NCBI RefSeq assembly: GCF_964355755.1
Contig: NC_092676.1
Coordinates: forward strand, 15,952,871-16,016,870
Direction of reading: 5' to 3'
Length of the DNA stretch: 64,000 nucleotides
Source of the DNA: Antedon mediterranea
Taxonomy: Eukaryota; Animalia; Echinodermata
The notes beneath the pieces were generated by a model. That model did not search any database, was not told where the DNA came from, and saw only the letters and a program-made list of their open reading frames with translations. The number at the start of each line of letters is the position of its first letter. Position 1 is the stretch's first letter. Position numbers and translations under genes: made by a program. Shown in pieces: positions 50,501-60,976 of this stretch.

Positions 50501-51870
50501 TAATATAAGGTTTACAGTACCTTGAAAGTAAAAGTGACACTTTTGACCACTCACTAACACCAGTTAATTGTTTGGGAGAAAACATCAGCATTGAAAACTA
50601 GTATTATTATTTGATGCCCTCCCAGTCATTTAGTAATAGATTTGGAAGATCTGACATTGACAAATTAATTAAACTATTACAATGCATTGATGTATAAACA
50701 TGTATTGTAATATTTGTCTGTTTGACCTTTTGTTTTCATAGCTTTTATTATCATTTGTTGTATAATATAACTCTATTTCAAGAGTCTTGATGCCCAGGGG
50801 TGTTTAAATAGTTGAGGTCACTTGCACTATTTCCAGGTCAGTTTTAAATGTGTGGATGCCTGTTAAAATAATACAACCATATTGATATTGACTTCACTTG
50901 CTGTTTTATAATTGTAGAGCTTTAAAAAACAATTACCTCAGTAGTTTTTCCGCCTGACTACATATTATAGTTGGAATCATTATTCATAATGTTGAATATG
51001 TGTACTAAAACATATTTATTTGTTTTATCTTTCTATTTTCATGAACTCGAACCTCCCTGTTTGAGCAGGTTTGCAAACCCCTGAATTATAGGGGACACTA
51101 CCATCCCTTAACATTTTGACTGCCCGAGGTTTTCCCACTAGAAACTGCCACTGCCTGCCAGCGTTTTTAGCCAATTTTAATGTTTTTACTAAAACCTAAA
51201 TAATCCATTTTTGTATTAATAGCGATTTACATAATCATTATTATTTGGTCTTTTTTGTTGTTTTTGTGATGGGAAAAATAGGGGTTGAATCAACCAATTG
51301 GCACACTCAAAGGTGTCGTCGTCACCTTAATTAATAAGGGGGCCTCTGTATGTATGGGTTGGCCGTAGTCGTAACAAATATTTCCCCCTGTTTGACCATT
51401 AATGAGGGTATCCCCTGAATAGGGGTGTACCAAATGAGGGGTTCAAATGTAGTGTGATGGTCTTTGTTAATTTGTCTGTTTTTGTGTATATTTCTTATCT
51501 TTTAGACTCAATCAGCATTTTTTTCGTATACAGGTACTTTACATATAATACGAAACAATTTAGTACTTACCAAAGTTTGCTTTCCATCTGGTAAAGTTGC
51601 GCTTACAGAAAATGAATTGGCAGAGGCCGAAGCAGAGCGTACTCTTCTTTTGCTTCCAAACTTAGTATGTGATGGCAGTTTCTGCCAATCATCAAAGCAG
51701 GTATTGTCATCCTCATCAAATAGATCAATATCATCCAGTTCAAGTCTGTGAAGTGCTTTTGTATCAGATTCTGATTGTGTTCGTTGTCTCTGTTTGCCTG
51801 TTCGGACAAACAGTCCTCTCATTGAGCCTAGCATCGGCTTGGCTTTCTCAACTGGTTTGCTTGTGGGCAT
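17429..51870 (-). CDS. Multi-exon Rho guanine nucleotide exchange factor (Raf-like RBD + DH domain); 3' part not found in the window
   Basis: GT-AG exons with matching phases: 51571-51870, 21589-21775, 20733-20835, 20363-20453, 20174-20219, 19844-19913, 17429-17531. The RBD SATLPDGKQTL|LFGEHGMRVRDLI is split across the long intron. DH hallmarks: LAYTEESYLDLL, VFGKLESVLNASSTLL, IYVDYYTNY, VESLLLLP. Confidence 0.85.
18023..18664. mobile_element. PIF/Harbinger MITE
   Basis: Perfect 19-bp TIR GACCCCATTTACACTTACG; TAA TSD. Confidence 0.9.
19844..20835 (-). CDS. RhoGEF DH exon cluster (four exons)
   Basis: Exons of 103, 91, 46 and 70 bp splice in frame to GDDKVLYHLKALAYTEESY...NPIKDEPFLTEDEYQVVFGKLESVLNASSTLLSKLKKITDDWKEEDTTLGCLFGEDFWKIYVDYYTNYKQLS. 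Confidence 0.88.
21589..21775 (-). CDS. RhoGEF exon, C-terminal part of the RBD
   Basis: gtcag|CTT TTT GGT...GGA ACA G|gtaaac; LFGEHGMRVRDLIADVIFQHKLPHF...ILIEFP. Confidence 0.85.
21874..22697 (-). mobile_element. Non-autonomous PIF/Harbinger element with a decayed Myb/SANT-like ORF
   Basis: TIR GGGCCTGTTTCTGCTGC, TAA TSD, subterminal aatacggtat repeats; the minus-strand ORF W..GEAKMSDQLKGNKRDNHIYKHISKKI..G...SPKQVNSKLKSLRKQY...SGRERINCPHYD is trihelix/Myb-like. Confidence 0.88.
22728..22978 (+). mobile_element. Full-length tRNA-derived SINE
   Basis: A box tagctgagtgg, B box gggttcaatgccc, central ctccactcagctgtaaaatgagtacc, (CCTTTA)n tail, and a 12-bp TSD tatgtctcattt at 22716-27 and 22979-90. 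Confidence 0.9.
24267..24413. mobile_element. Short Harbinger-type MITE
   Basis: TIR AGCCTGGTTTC(T/C)ATAAAATCGCTACA; TAA/TTA flanks. Confidence 0.8.
24640..25171 (-). mobile_element. Diverged Myb-bearing Harbinger remnant
   Basis: ORF MWGEEKMRERLDGSRKKDLHVYKNIK is homologous to the ORF at 22084-22344; right end agaaaaaggccc|TTA. The left boundary is approximate. Confidence 0.6.
25324..25596 (-). CDS. Candidate alternative first coding exon of the RhoGEF
   Basis: ATG at 25596, 91 open codons (MNRKLLARRKSVP...RRRSSMP...NDKK), donor AAG|gttagt in phase 0, compatible with the 21775 acceptor. Confidence 0.5.
26860..27270. repeat. Degenerate ~30-bp tandem array
   Basis: Recurrent catttaaaatgtctttagagtagggacaca; the right part forms a ~58-bp higher-order unit containing gacatgtgcctgtaga. 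Confidence 0.7.
29426..32439 (-). CDS. LINE ORF2: APE endonuclease + reverse transcriptase (one frameshift near the C-terminus)
   Basis: HLNIQSL, ITETWL, YRPP, LGDFN, IDLIF, SDH (APE); NFRPISVL, QSGFR, LDLKKAFDTVNH, GVPQGSILGP, YADD, YLG (RT). A TA duplication near 29777 shifts NRL|GRILLSVD into the 29426-29767 frame. Confidence 0.95.
32625..34053 (-). pseudogene. LINE ORF1: coiled coil + SGNH/GDSL esterase-like domain + two CCHC zinc knuckles (frameshifted)
   Basis: IIGDSML, IHVGTND and GLHLN blocks; CHFCSETGHISSNC and CYICEQLGHKMKYC; broken into ORFs 33502-34053, 33281-33592 and 32625-33266. Confidence 0.85.
34664..35153. mobile_element. Decayed Tigger/pogo-like MITE
   Basis: TA|CAGTTGAACC start with repeated taagcgaccacctc motifs; the right TIR is not recognisable. 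Confidence 0.5.
36607..38976. mobile_element. Non-autonomous Kolobok-like element containing a nested insertion
   Basis: TTAA TSD at 36603-06 and 38977-80; TIR AGACCCCTTCCCT / AGGGAAGGGGGCT with an RR 5' end. Confidence 0.85.
36655..38442. mobile_element. TA-target TIR element nested in the Kolobok-like element
   Basis: 26-bp TIR CAGTACTGA.TACA.ATCAT.TACCA (3 mismatches), TA on both sides; the empty site is visible in the sibling copy at ~10225-10260. Confidence 0.85.
39045..39428. repeat. Tandem duplication of a ~190-bp unit
   Basis: aaaatggtaaatttaaccacgg...ctctggtaagttctactggg at 39045-39233 and 39235-39428. Confidence 0.9.
40096..41142. mobile_element. piggyBac-like MITE
   Basis: TTAA TSD; 14-bp TIR CACTTTGACTGCCA; internal direct repeat ttgactgccaaacacgaagatcttcgtttt. 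A solo end of the same family lies at ~51112-51196. Confidence 0.88.
41500..42195 (-). mobile_element. 3' fragment of a second LINE family (RTEX/Tx1-like C-terminal zinc finger)
   Basis: CKLCGTNSNEDIHHFILNC is a post-RT CCHC finger, followed by a 3' UTR and an (AATA)n tail at ~41500-41525. Confidence 0.75.
42310..43297. repeat. Minisatellite, 26 x 38 bp
   Basis: Unit aaaatgggatgt(c/t)cctgttcttgtaatggatagtgttt, head-to-tail with no spacers. Confidence 0.97.
44297..45077. mobile_element. Tigger/pogo-like MITE
   Basis: TA|CAGTCGACTCCGC..AAGTCGAAT ... ATTCGACTT..GCGGAGTCGACTG|TA, with internal ttcgactta repeats. Confidence 0.88.
45275..45564. mobile_element. Harbinger-type MITE (45275-45439) plus an adjacent inverted partial copy
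   Basis: TIR AGC..TGTCTACACTATCAAACT with TAA TSD; a related end lies at ~34340-34385. Confidence 0.8.
47080..47852 (-). mobile_element. Myb-bearing Harbinger element, copy 2
   Basis: Colinear with 21874-22697, including the ORF LKGNKRDNHIYKDISKKIKQEYG. Confidence 0.88.
48496..50300 (-). mobile_element. Myb-bearing Harbinger element, diverged copy 3, with a nested insertion
   Basis: TIR AGGCCTGTTTCTG / CAGAAACAGGCCT; decayed Myb-like sequence at ~49770-50010. Confidence 0.8.
48645..49763. mobile_element. hAT-like non-autonomous element with a 5-bp TSD
   Basis: Perfect 15-bp TIR CAGTGGCGGATCTAG; flanks cgttc at 48640-44 and 49764-68. Confidence 0.85.
51571..51870 (-). CDS. RhoGEF first coding exon (N-terminus and start of the RBD)
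   Basis: MPTSKP...FSVSATLPDGKQTL|gtaagt (phase 0); acceptor at 51931; candidate non-coding exon 1 with donor gtaagt at 53673. Confidence 0.8.
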
Positions 51871-52453
51871 GGTTCACTGGCATTCTATTATCACTGAATA
51901 TTATACATAACTCTTCAATTCATGGATATTCTTTAAAAATAAACAAAATGATTTTTCATTTTAAGCAATCTAGCAAATTATTACCTTAATTTATCATTCT
52001 ATTGAAAGATAGTCTAGAATAAATTATACATATAGTTATCTATACACCTTTTAATTTTAAAAGAAACAATCCTTGGTGAATAGACAGGAAAGGCAGGATG
52101 CAAAAAAGAAAAAGTACATATGCTTTATAGTGTTAGTTAGTATAGAAACGTGGTGCGGGTTGTAACTATTTTGCTTTGTTGGGGGTTACCCATAATTTTA
52201 GTCCCAATTTTGCTAATTTCTATGTATTTATGTAGTATTTATCTCCATTCCCATAATTAAATTTTCATCATGATGGTTATGTGTGCATTCCTTATATATA
52301 ATAATACCTGCCAACTTTTTCAGTCGAAAATGTGTGAGACAATAAATAACTGAAAATGTATGTTTTTTTGCTGTGCCTAGTATTTAGGTATTTAGTATTT
52401 AGTAATTAGGCCTACCTAGTATATTAAAATTATTATTATTAAACAAGTGGTAC

Positions 52454-53360
52454 TGTCACACCAAAATCAGTCCGGGCCAAAATCGGTCCGGCGGACCAGT
52501 TTTGGCTGCCAAAATCAGTCCGGGGGACCATTTATGGCTGCCAAAACCTGTCCGGCCGGACCAATTTTGGCCGCCAAAACTGGGCCGGCCTGGATGAAAT
52601 CGGTCCGGGCAGTAGGACTGTTTTTGGCCGCCAAATATGGTCCGGTCTTACAAATATATGGTGCGCAAAATGAGTCATAATGTATATATCATTAAAAAAA
52701 AGGCCATGAATAGTCATTATATTGAAAACTATGGGGTTTTATTTGTTATTTTAATATTATAAATTAAGCCTGTTTTTTTAATTCTCATTATTAGTAATAA
52801 CTCATCAATAATAAGTACTAAATGTTAGGCTTTTTGTATACAATGTATCTCTGCCTGTTTTTAATCCATTTTGTTCTTTTTTAACATCTTTCCCCATGAT
52901 GTTAAAAACAATTTAATTTATTAATTATTTATGGTTAATCAATCAACATATCAATTCAATACAATTATTAGAAAAAAATTATCCAATATTGATTAGGCTG
53001 AGGAAGGAAAAAGGCCTCAATCATAAATCAAATCTAGCTGGCAATATCAGCGTCTCATACCTGTTCATGTGAGTGTGTGGCAGGCCGAAATATGAGTGAA
53101 CACCTAAGTCATGTTTTTAGATAAAATACATTTATTTATAGTATTTATCCGACAAGATAACTTACTAATATATATCATGGGATATTTTTCTAGCCATAAA
53201 CAACTTAAAACAGCATCATATGCCTAGTAATTCAATTAAAATCGACAGAAGAAAAGCCCGGACCGATTTTGGCAGTGGCGGACTGCTTTTGGCCACAATT
53301 TTAGAGCCAAAACTGGTCCGGCCGGACCGATTTTGGCCCCAGACCATATTTATTGTGACA
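52454..53360. mobile_element. Ginger-like non-autonomous TIR element
   Basis: TGTCACA...TGTGACA termini with GTAC on both sides; subterminal arrays of ggacc(a/g)..tttggc.gccaaaa. Confidence 0.75.
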
Positions 53361-54170
53361 GTACCGTATTTTTTGATGGATTTTAAGCAGTGATTTTTGT
53401 AATTTTTTTCAATCATACAGCCTACCTCCTAGCTGGGCTAGTACTAGGCTAGGCCTAGTAGTACAGTAGGCCTAGCTAGGCCTAGGGCTAGTAGTAAGGG
53501 ATACTAAAAAGGCCTAGGCCTAGCTAGCTAGGCCTAATTTTTATTAATATTATTTTATTAACTAAAACCTTGATTTCAACCATTTTAGGCCATCCTAGCC
53601 TACTGTAGTTAGGTCTAGGCCTGGGCCTATATGCATCTGAAATTATAAGAATATAATATGTTCAAGGACTTACCAAAAAAAGTACAGCAAATCATTTTTC
53701 ATCAAGGGAAGTAGTCTAAGCCTAGGCCAAGCCTAACAACATGGTTTGATGCTGTTTTACGAGGACAAGTACCGCACACATTGCACGTGTAGTGCAATCC
53801 ACACTCACACACTGCTGCTGCATGCACTGATAGTTTTGACTCAGCCGCCGAAAAAACTTTGTGAACACGCATGGTGGCGCTATTGCATTTTTTGTCATCA
53901 TCTGTCTAAAAAAGTGTGCACGATCCACACGTACACACGTCACACACACACAACAAAACGAAGATTTAAAGTTCTCGCAATTACTACCGCCGCAATTATT
54001 ACCACACAAAACATTGAATGTCATATAGCATTAAAGAATTAACTATTTAATGGATTTAAGTAATAACCAGTCAATGACGAGTTTGAACATGACTCAGCCG
54101 CCGCGCAAACTTTGATAACATGATGCAGAGCAGTGTTCTACTACAGAGCTACAGTATTATAATATATAAT

Positions 54171-54773
54171 AATATACCTAAATAAATTCCTGTCATTTGA
54201 TTGGACGATTGTGGGTCACATGGCGTGCAATAGTACGCACTATTTACGCACTATCAGACGATCGTTTAATAGTACTTTTTTGTGTACGAAAAAAATCTTT
54301 TCGCGTACTCTATATTTGTTTTGAAATACAACAGCGCCACATATTTTGTATTTTAGCCGCGAAAATTGAATGTTATTACTGGTTTCGCGGTGGTAGTACA
54401 TTTTTAGATTTGCAAATTAGCTTTAGATCGTTTGTATGATTTTGCTATTATTTGTAAATTACACTCATAAACATTCATTATTTGTATAAATTGCTCTGGT
54501 AGGCCTACTGTATGTATTTTTATCATCAGAGACAAACAAAAATCAAGATCCACTGATTACATCGTAGGCCTAAATAAAAAAAAATAAACAACATGGTATC
54601 CAATGGTGGTTTTCGTTAACCACCAGTCAGGTCATTGTTTCAGCTTCTACCTTTTTTCGTAATATTCTGTTTTTTTTACTTAAATATTATTTAGATTTTT
54701 AACACATCATACTTATATTAATACTATCAACCCATTGAACATTATTTATATTAAATCATCATTTAGGTATATT
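54171..54773. mobile_element. Short-TIR non-autonomous element (possibly Crypton-like)
   Basis: aatatacctaaat ... atttaggtatatt, with a tgattgg motif near the left end. Confidence 0.4.
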
Positions 54774-55537
54774 TATTCATAAAAAGACATCAAAATACAA
54801 CGGCAGCCAAAAGGCTGAAAAGTAGTATTTTACAAAATTTGATAAAAATATATAAATACATTATGTATAAAAGGTAAAACTAGTTTAAAAAAAAAAAATA
54901 ATAATAATTTACCACATTAAAATCATATTTATATATTCTGTCTATCACATTACAGTGATGCTAACAAATTGTAATATATATAACAGTCATCTATAACGAC
55001 ATATCTATCTATATTTCCCCCTTAATTTGTTTAGTTATCTTTCCTTATCTATCATAAATTATAACACATATATATATCATATAACATGTTTTTATATTTT
55101 TAATATCACAATATAAATTATCACATTGTAACCTTTACATTTTAGCATACAGTATCTCCATATTTGTTTCTCTCTTTAAGGTCTTCACTCACTTTATTTC
55201 AGTATAACAAAACGATCTAACATAAAAGGTTTGATCATTTTCTTAATGAATATATTTATAACTTTAAGATAAAATCTAATGACAAAAAAGATCGACGTTT
55301 CGGAGCCATCATGGAACCAATTCTCAATAACAAAGAGTGTTTCCAATCTATCAAATGTCGGGGTAACACTGGTGTTTTGGCAAAGTTTGAATCTGAGCAG
55401 GCCTGTCGATTTTCTACAACTTTGCCAAAACATCGGTGTTACCCCGACATTTGCTAGATTGGATCATAACAAATCCAATAGATGGAAGAATTATTTTGTT
55501 CTTGAGAATGGTTTCATCTATTAATTGTCTTAAAGTT

Positions 55538-56830
55538 CAGGGGTGGCGCCAGGATCTTCCCGACGCGGGGGCTACATTCCCCGACGAGGGGGCTATGCGA
55601 GCGAAGCGAGCATCACTAGGCTGGGGGCCAGGGGGCCGCCAAGGGCCCCGGTGGGGGTCGAGGGGGCGAAGCCCCCGGAAGCAACGCGTTCTAGCGTCAT
55701 TTGAGGTCATTTTAATCAGATTTAGGGTAGCCATTTTTTCCATTTTTTATAATGCATAAATAAAATACTGCGTGCAAAAAAACGATGCGCGATGACTGTT
55801 TCAATCCATATTTTTCAATTTAAAAAATAAAAGTTCAAAGAAAATTTAGAAAAATAGAGTTGGAGGTACTTATTATACTTCAAAACATGAAACAAAATAT
55901 ATAAGTTCCTCAGTATCAAGGTTGTGACTGAGCTAAGAAATGTTTGAAAAATAGAGATGTTAGGTCCCGGAAAATGGACTTCTTGTACTTCGAAATATGA
56001 CCAGCTTTATTGTTGGGGCTGAGCTAAGAAACTGTTTAAAACTAGAGCTGCAGGTCTTCAAAAAATTGCATTTTATACGTTGGAAACATCAGGCCTAGAG
56101 GCTTAAAAAACGCAAGCGTAGACCTTTTTCAGTCGGGGAAATAAGTTTATTCCTCCCAAGTGTATGCGTGCGTACCATCTGGACTTCCGAGTGGTGAGAA
56201 ATTCATGACATACAGGACATTGAAAATGTAATAACTTAGCTATAATAAGATGTTGGCTAAGCGAAAATGGCATGTTTTTTGTTTAGTAATGGATGAAAAA
56301 TTTATTTTAGGTGCCCCACGGTACAGAAGGTTACTTGTAAATTAAAAAAATTGGTGAACATACGAACAATTAATTCGTTTTTGCTGTAGTGTAGCGTACG
56401 TCGACGCAGTACACGACGTAACCGTCAGTAAACTTCGCCTGGAAAATAACTACAGTACACATTTTGGTCCCTGGATGGACCATGATATCACGCGTCTCGA
56501 CCCAACGTTGAACGATTCGTATACAAAGGGATACCGCCAGACAAGTGCGAACCTAGCTAATGTTTAGTAGTAAGTTAGATCGCTGGCAATAAATGAATGC
56601 ATAAAAGTGCATAATAGCTCTCTGACGTACTCTTACGGTCAATGGAACGTCGTGGTTTTCTAGGCGCTGAAGCTATATGAAGTGAACGCGAACGTTTTTT
56701 ACTGTATATTATATTCCCCGACAAAAAGTACCCGTGTTCCCCGACGGGGGGGGGGGGGGGGGGGGGCTAGGCTTCTCGACGAGGGGGCTAGAGCCCCCGT
56801 AGCCCCCCCCCCCCGCTGGCGCCACCACTG
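55538..56830. mobile_element. Non-autonomous hAT element (1293 bp), same family as 11154-13006
   Basis: Same TIRs; 8-bp TSD TTAAAGTT at 55530-37 and 56831-38. Confidence 0.95.
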
Positions 56831-57036
56831 TTAAAGTTAAGTTATTCGTAATATATTTTTAGTGCATAATTATAATTTCTTCTGACAATTGTTCAACTTT
56901 GATAATTTTTGCTTCTAATAATTTATATAGGCATAGGCAAATCCACTTTATATATACCAATTTTTGTTAAAGAATGCTTATAGTTTTTAATAATTATTAC
57001 GGTTAATGTTATTGTTATGAAGAAATTATTTTTTAA

Positions 57037-57121
57037 AGTTGTATTATAGTCCCTCAAAAGTATAATTAATGAAGATTAATCAAAATCAGACTTGTAATTA
57101 TTTTGCTTTAAATTGCAGTTT
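57037..57121. mobile_element. Left end of an outer Kolobok-like element, interrupted at a TTAA by the inner element
   Basis: TTAA|AGTTGTATTATAGTCCCTCAAAA...tgaagattaatcaaaatcagactt resembles the family terminus. Confidence 0.6.
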
Positions 57122-57125
57122 TTAA

Positions 57126-59714
57126 AGATGTATTGTCCCCCTGAAAACATTTTTTTTTTTAATATTTTTGTTGAATAGGCCATTTTAATTGCACATAAAA
57201 GTTATTCACTTTGAACTGAAATTGGATCGAAAAAAAAAATGTTTTACTCGAGAAAATCGTAATTTAAAGCAAAAATTAACCAACCGGAAGCTATTTGTCT
57301 GGAAGACAAACGTGTTCCGGTTTAATTTAACCCTTGACCTGAGTTAGCTCATAAATATTCATATTGTATGGATACATCTTGTGGATGATGGTTCTCTCAA
57401 CAAACAGCCAACAACGCGACGATAGCAATGCATAGAGAGAGTCGAGTAGTGACGCGAGACGATCTTGAAGAAAACACGAAAACTATAGCTAGCAGAATAC
57501 TAAGTAGAACTGCAGTTGGTAACTTTGATGTTGAATCTTATTCATTTAGGTGAGTTTTTGTTTCGCTAGCAGGAGAGGCCTAGCTAGGCCTAGGCCCGAG
57601 TTTTCTGCTACTGTATACTAGTCTACTACATACTAGTAGGCCTAGTACTAACTAGCACAACCACATGGCAGGCAGTCTCGAGTAGCCTTACTGCTGCCTC
57701 CTGTTTCTATAAGTAGAGGTAGTAGGCCTAGGCTAGGCAGTACACTACTAGCTAGGGCTAGACCACCACCAGGAGGGATGTATTTTTTTTTTATAATTTT
57801 GTTTGGCATCCTGATAAATTGGTTTAATTTGTTAGGATTTCAACTATCTATTCTGCAGAGAAAATTACCAAATAAATCTAAATATTGTTTTGAATGTTTA
57901 CTGTACAGTATTTTAAAAATATTTTCTGCATCAAATGCAATAGGTTCAAATCAACATTTGCACAATTAACCATTTTATGCAGATATTTGACACAATTTTC
58001 TTCTTTTTTTTCAGGTATTAACATTGATTGAACAATAAGAGCAAGTGAAGTAGTGAGAAACACAAAATGTATCGGCAACATTCACAATTTATTGAAACAT
58101 TTCTTACTATTAAAATGACACTTTGTAATGGATATGAGCGATCTTAGAAGACTATAGCTGCCGTAATTACTGCCACAATCAACACATTGATATTAGTAGA
58201 CAAATTGACACAAAAAACAATACAGGAATTCAATAAGATATACTGTAACTGTATATAGGCCTATATATATTTTTTATTAACTCCTTTTGCAATGTAATAT
58301 TTACAGTAACATTATGAAGTGTAAGTAAAATTGAAGAATTTATTCTGTGTACTGTTGTAGTAGTATTTTTTATTTATTGAATGTTATGTTTACAAAATAA
58401 TATACTGTACAAATATTATTGCTTTATAAAAAAAATTATACAACATTTTACAAGCTGAACAGGAACATATTGGCCGAATGCAGCATCACAAATATTTTTC
58501 TTGCAATATCCAATCATATACAGAGTCTATCATCAGTTGTCTTTATGAAGTACAAATGTGACCTCTGTTCCAGTCTTCATCAGCTCAACGTCTTTAAATA
58601 AAAATGTTTAAATAATGATGTATAAATAAGTTAAATATTTCACAAAATCTAAAGTTTTTAATTTCGGCAAAGTACGAAAACCTGGAATTTGGTATTTATA
58701 AATAGGTCTAGATCATGCACATTTAGTGCAAAATGTGGGCTAGTGAAATTGCTTGCTTTGACAAATAAGTACACTAACTTTCTACGGTAAAACACATTAC
58801 AACTAAGACTTAATAAAGAGAAAACAAATATTTGACTTACTACAGTACAGAGTTACATGGTAAAGAACAGTAGTTTGTGTGGTAAAATGGCTAAGCTGGC
58901 TTTTCCCCTCTGTCTACTTGTACAGTGCTGCTGGAGGAAGGTTCTCAACTTCAGGCTTGTAAGTTGTATTGTAACCATTTTCCCTGAAAAAATGTTTGTT
59001 TTATTTTTATCATAAAAACTAGTTAAACAAGATTCAACTGTAAATTATGTATATGGTACAGCAGGCTGGCTGTATTTTCGGATTGATGGCCTAGCCTAGG
59101 CCAGTCTATGAAGAGTACAATGTATAGGGCCTAGCTGGGCATTTTCTGCAGAGACCCGATTGTCCCAGCAGCCTGCCTCCTCTACTACTACTACTACTAG
59201 CCTAGGCCTATGCATGTATTATTCTAGGCCTAGCCCTGAAAAAATCCCAGGCTAAGTTAATTAATTACCTTCCTGTTATTACAAACGTCTGTCTAGTTTG
59301 CGTTATATATATAATTATTATATTTAAAATAACCGTCTAGGCCTACTTACCGACAAATTAACAGCTTAGCTTTACATACGATCAGGGGAAACCCCCAGTC
59401 GAGTCGCGTCGATCTGGCTGTGGGTGTTGTGTACACAACGTGCATCATCCATGTTTGTTAGATCAGATCCCAGCTGTGTCGATGCTCATTAACATATCAT
59501 GCATATTTATGAGTTAGCTCTATCGGCCTAAATTTTGAGCTGACAAGTTGGGAAAATTGATTAACTTATTTTGCTTTTTTCTTAGCGAAATTAATAATTT
59601 TTTTCGGATTTTTTTTCGGCGAAAGTGAACAACTTTATTATAGCTACAATATGGTCTATTCAAAATTTGATTTAATTGATCTTCATTTTTCATGTTTTGG
59701 GGGACAATACAACT
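57126..59714. mobile_element. Kolobok-like element with long imperfect inverted ends and two convergent spliced units
   Basis: TTAA TSD at 57122-25 and 59715-18; TIR AG(A/T)TGTATTGTCCCCC; inverted similarity extends ~250 bp; intron-like segments at 57550-58014 (+) and 58984-59350 (-). Confidence 0.8.
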
Positions 59715-60976
59715 TTAAAGGTAATTTTTTTTCGATCTAATTTTTGGTCAAATCAAAGTAAAGCCAACGCCGGAAGGCAAAGATAGTGTGTGAGTAGGGT
59801 TAAGGCAGAAACTATAGAGGGCTTGAATCCATACATGAATATTCATGATGTGACAGAAAACCCGGCGGGCCAGCTTTTCCACGAAAAACGTACGACACGC
59901 GCGTACCGTACGCGTATGATCATCACAAAACTTTTTGTGCCAATCATATCACACCAAAAATCGAGGCGAGAAAATGGTTGTTTGTTGCATGCTTTAGTTT
60001 TACTTTTTTTTTATACCGTATCTTTTTAAAATTGTTCATTCCTAATCGTAAGTACCTACCACCATATTTAATTAATAAATTAATAAATTAAATTGTTGTA
60101 GTCCTTGCCTAGCCAGGCCATTAGGTAGGCATGTGGAGAGGCTCCAGAGAATAGTGTATTTAAGCCCTACTAACAGTAGGCCTCCTACTAGGCCTAGGGC
60201 CTACTAGGCTAGCCTAGCCTACTAGCTAGGCCTAGCCTTGTTTACCCTCTAGCTAGGCCTAGCCTAGCCCTAAGGCCATTTAGGCCTAGCCCCCTATGCC
60301 TAGTAGCAGGCCTAGGCCTAGCCTAGTAGTAGGCTAGATAGAAGGCCTCTAGACTAGTAGGCTAGGGCCTAGAGGCCTACTACTAGCCTATTAGTAGCCT
60401 AGACTATCTAGGCCCAGGGCCTCTAGTTAGGCCTACTAGAGGCTAGGAGGCCCTAGTTAGGCCTACAAAATGGGCCCACCCAGTAGGCCTACTACTACTA
60501 GGCCTAGCTAGTTTTGACCTACCTACAGACTAGGCCTAGGCCTAGTAGGCACAGTAGTAGTAGGCCTAGGCTAGACCTAGTACCGCAGTAGAAAAAGTGT
60601 TGTCACAACGGTTTTTCTTTATAGTAGGCCCTATTTATATATTATTAATATTACCTACCAGGCTAAACTAAACCTTCCTAGCTAGGCTAGGCCTAATTTA
60701 GATAGGTTCTAGTGTATAGTAGACTAAACGGTTAGGCGACTGGGAAGGCTACTGTAGTAAGCCCTAGGCCTAGCTAAAATAGCAGCAGTTGTATCGAAAC
60801 GTATTCTTCTTTATAGTCTACACATAGGGCCTATACTATAGGATAGGGCTATATAAATGTTGTTTGTATTGTTCAACGTATATAAAACAGAATATTTTAT
60901 CAGTTACACTGTCAGATCTGAACAAACTAGACTTCTTGTTTTTCAGTAAATACAAATGTGATGAAATGTTTACGAC

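Noticed and set aside
52447-52717. Repetitive ORFs (AAKTGP-like)
   Set aside because: Translations of the subterminal repeats of the Ginger-like element.
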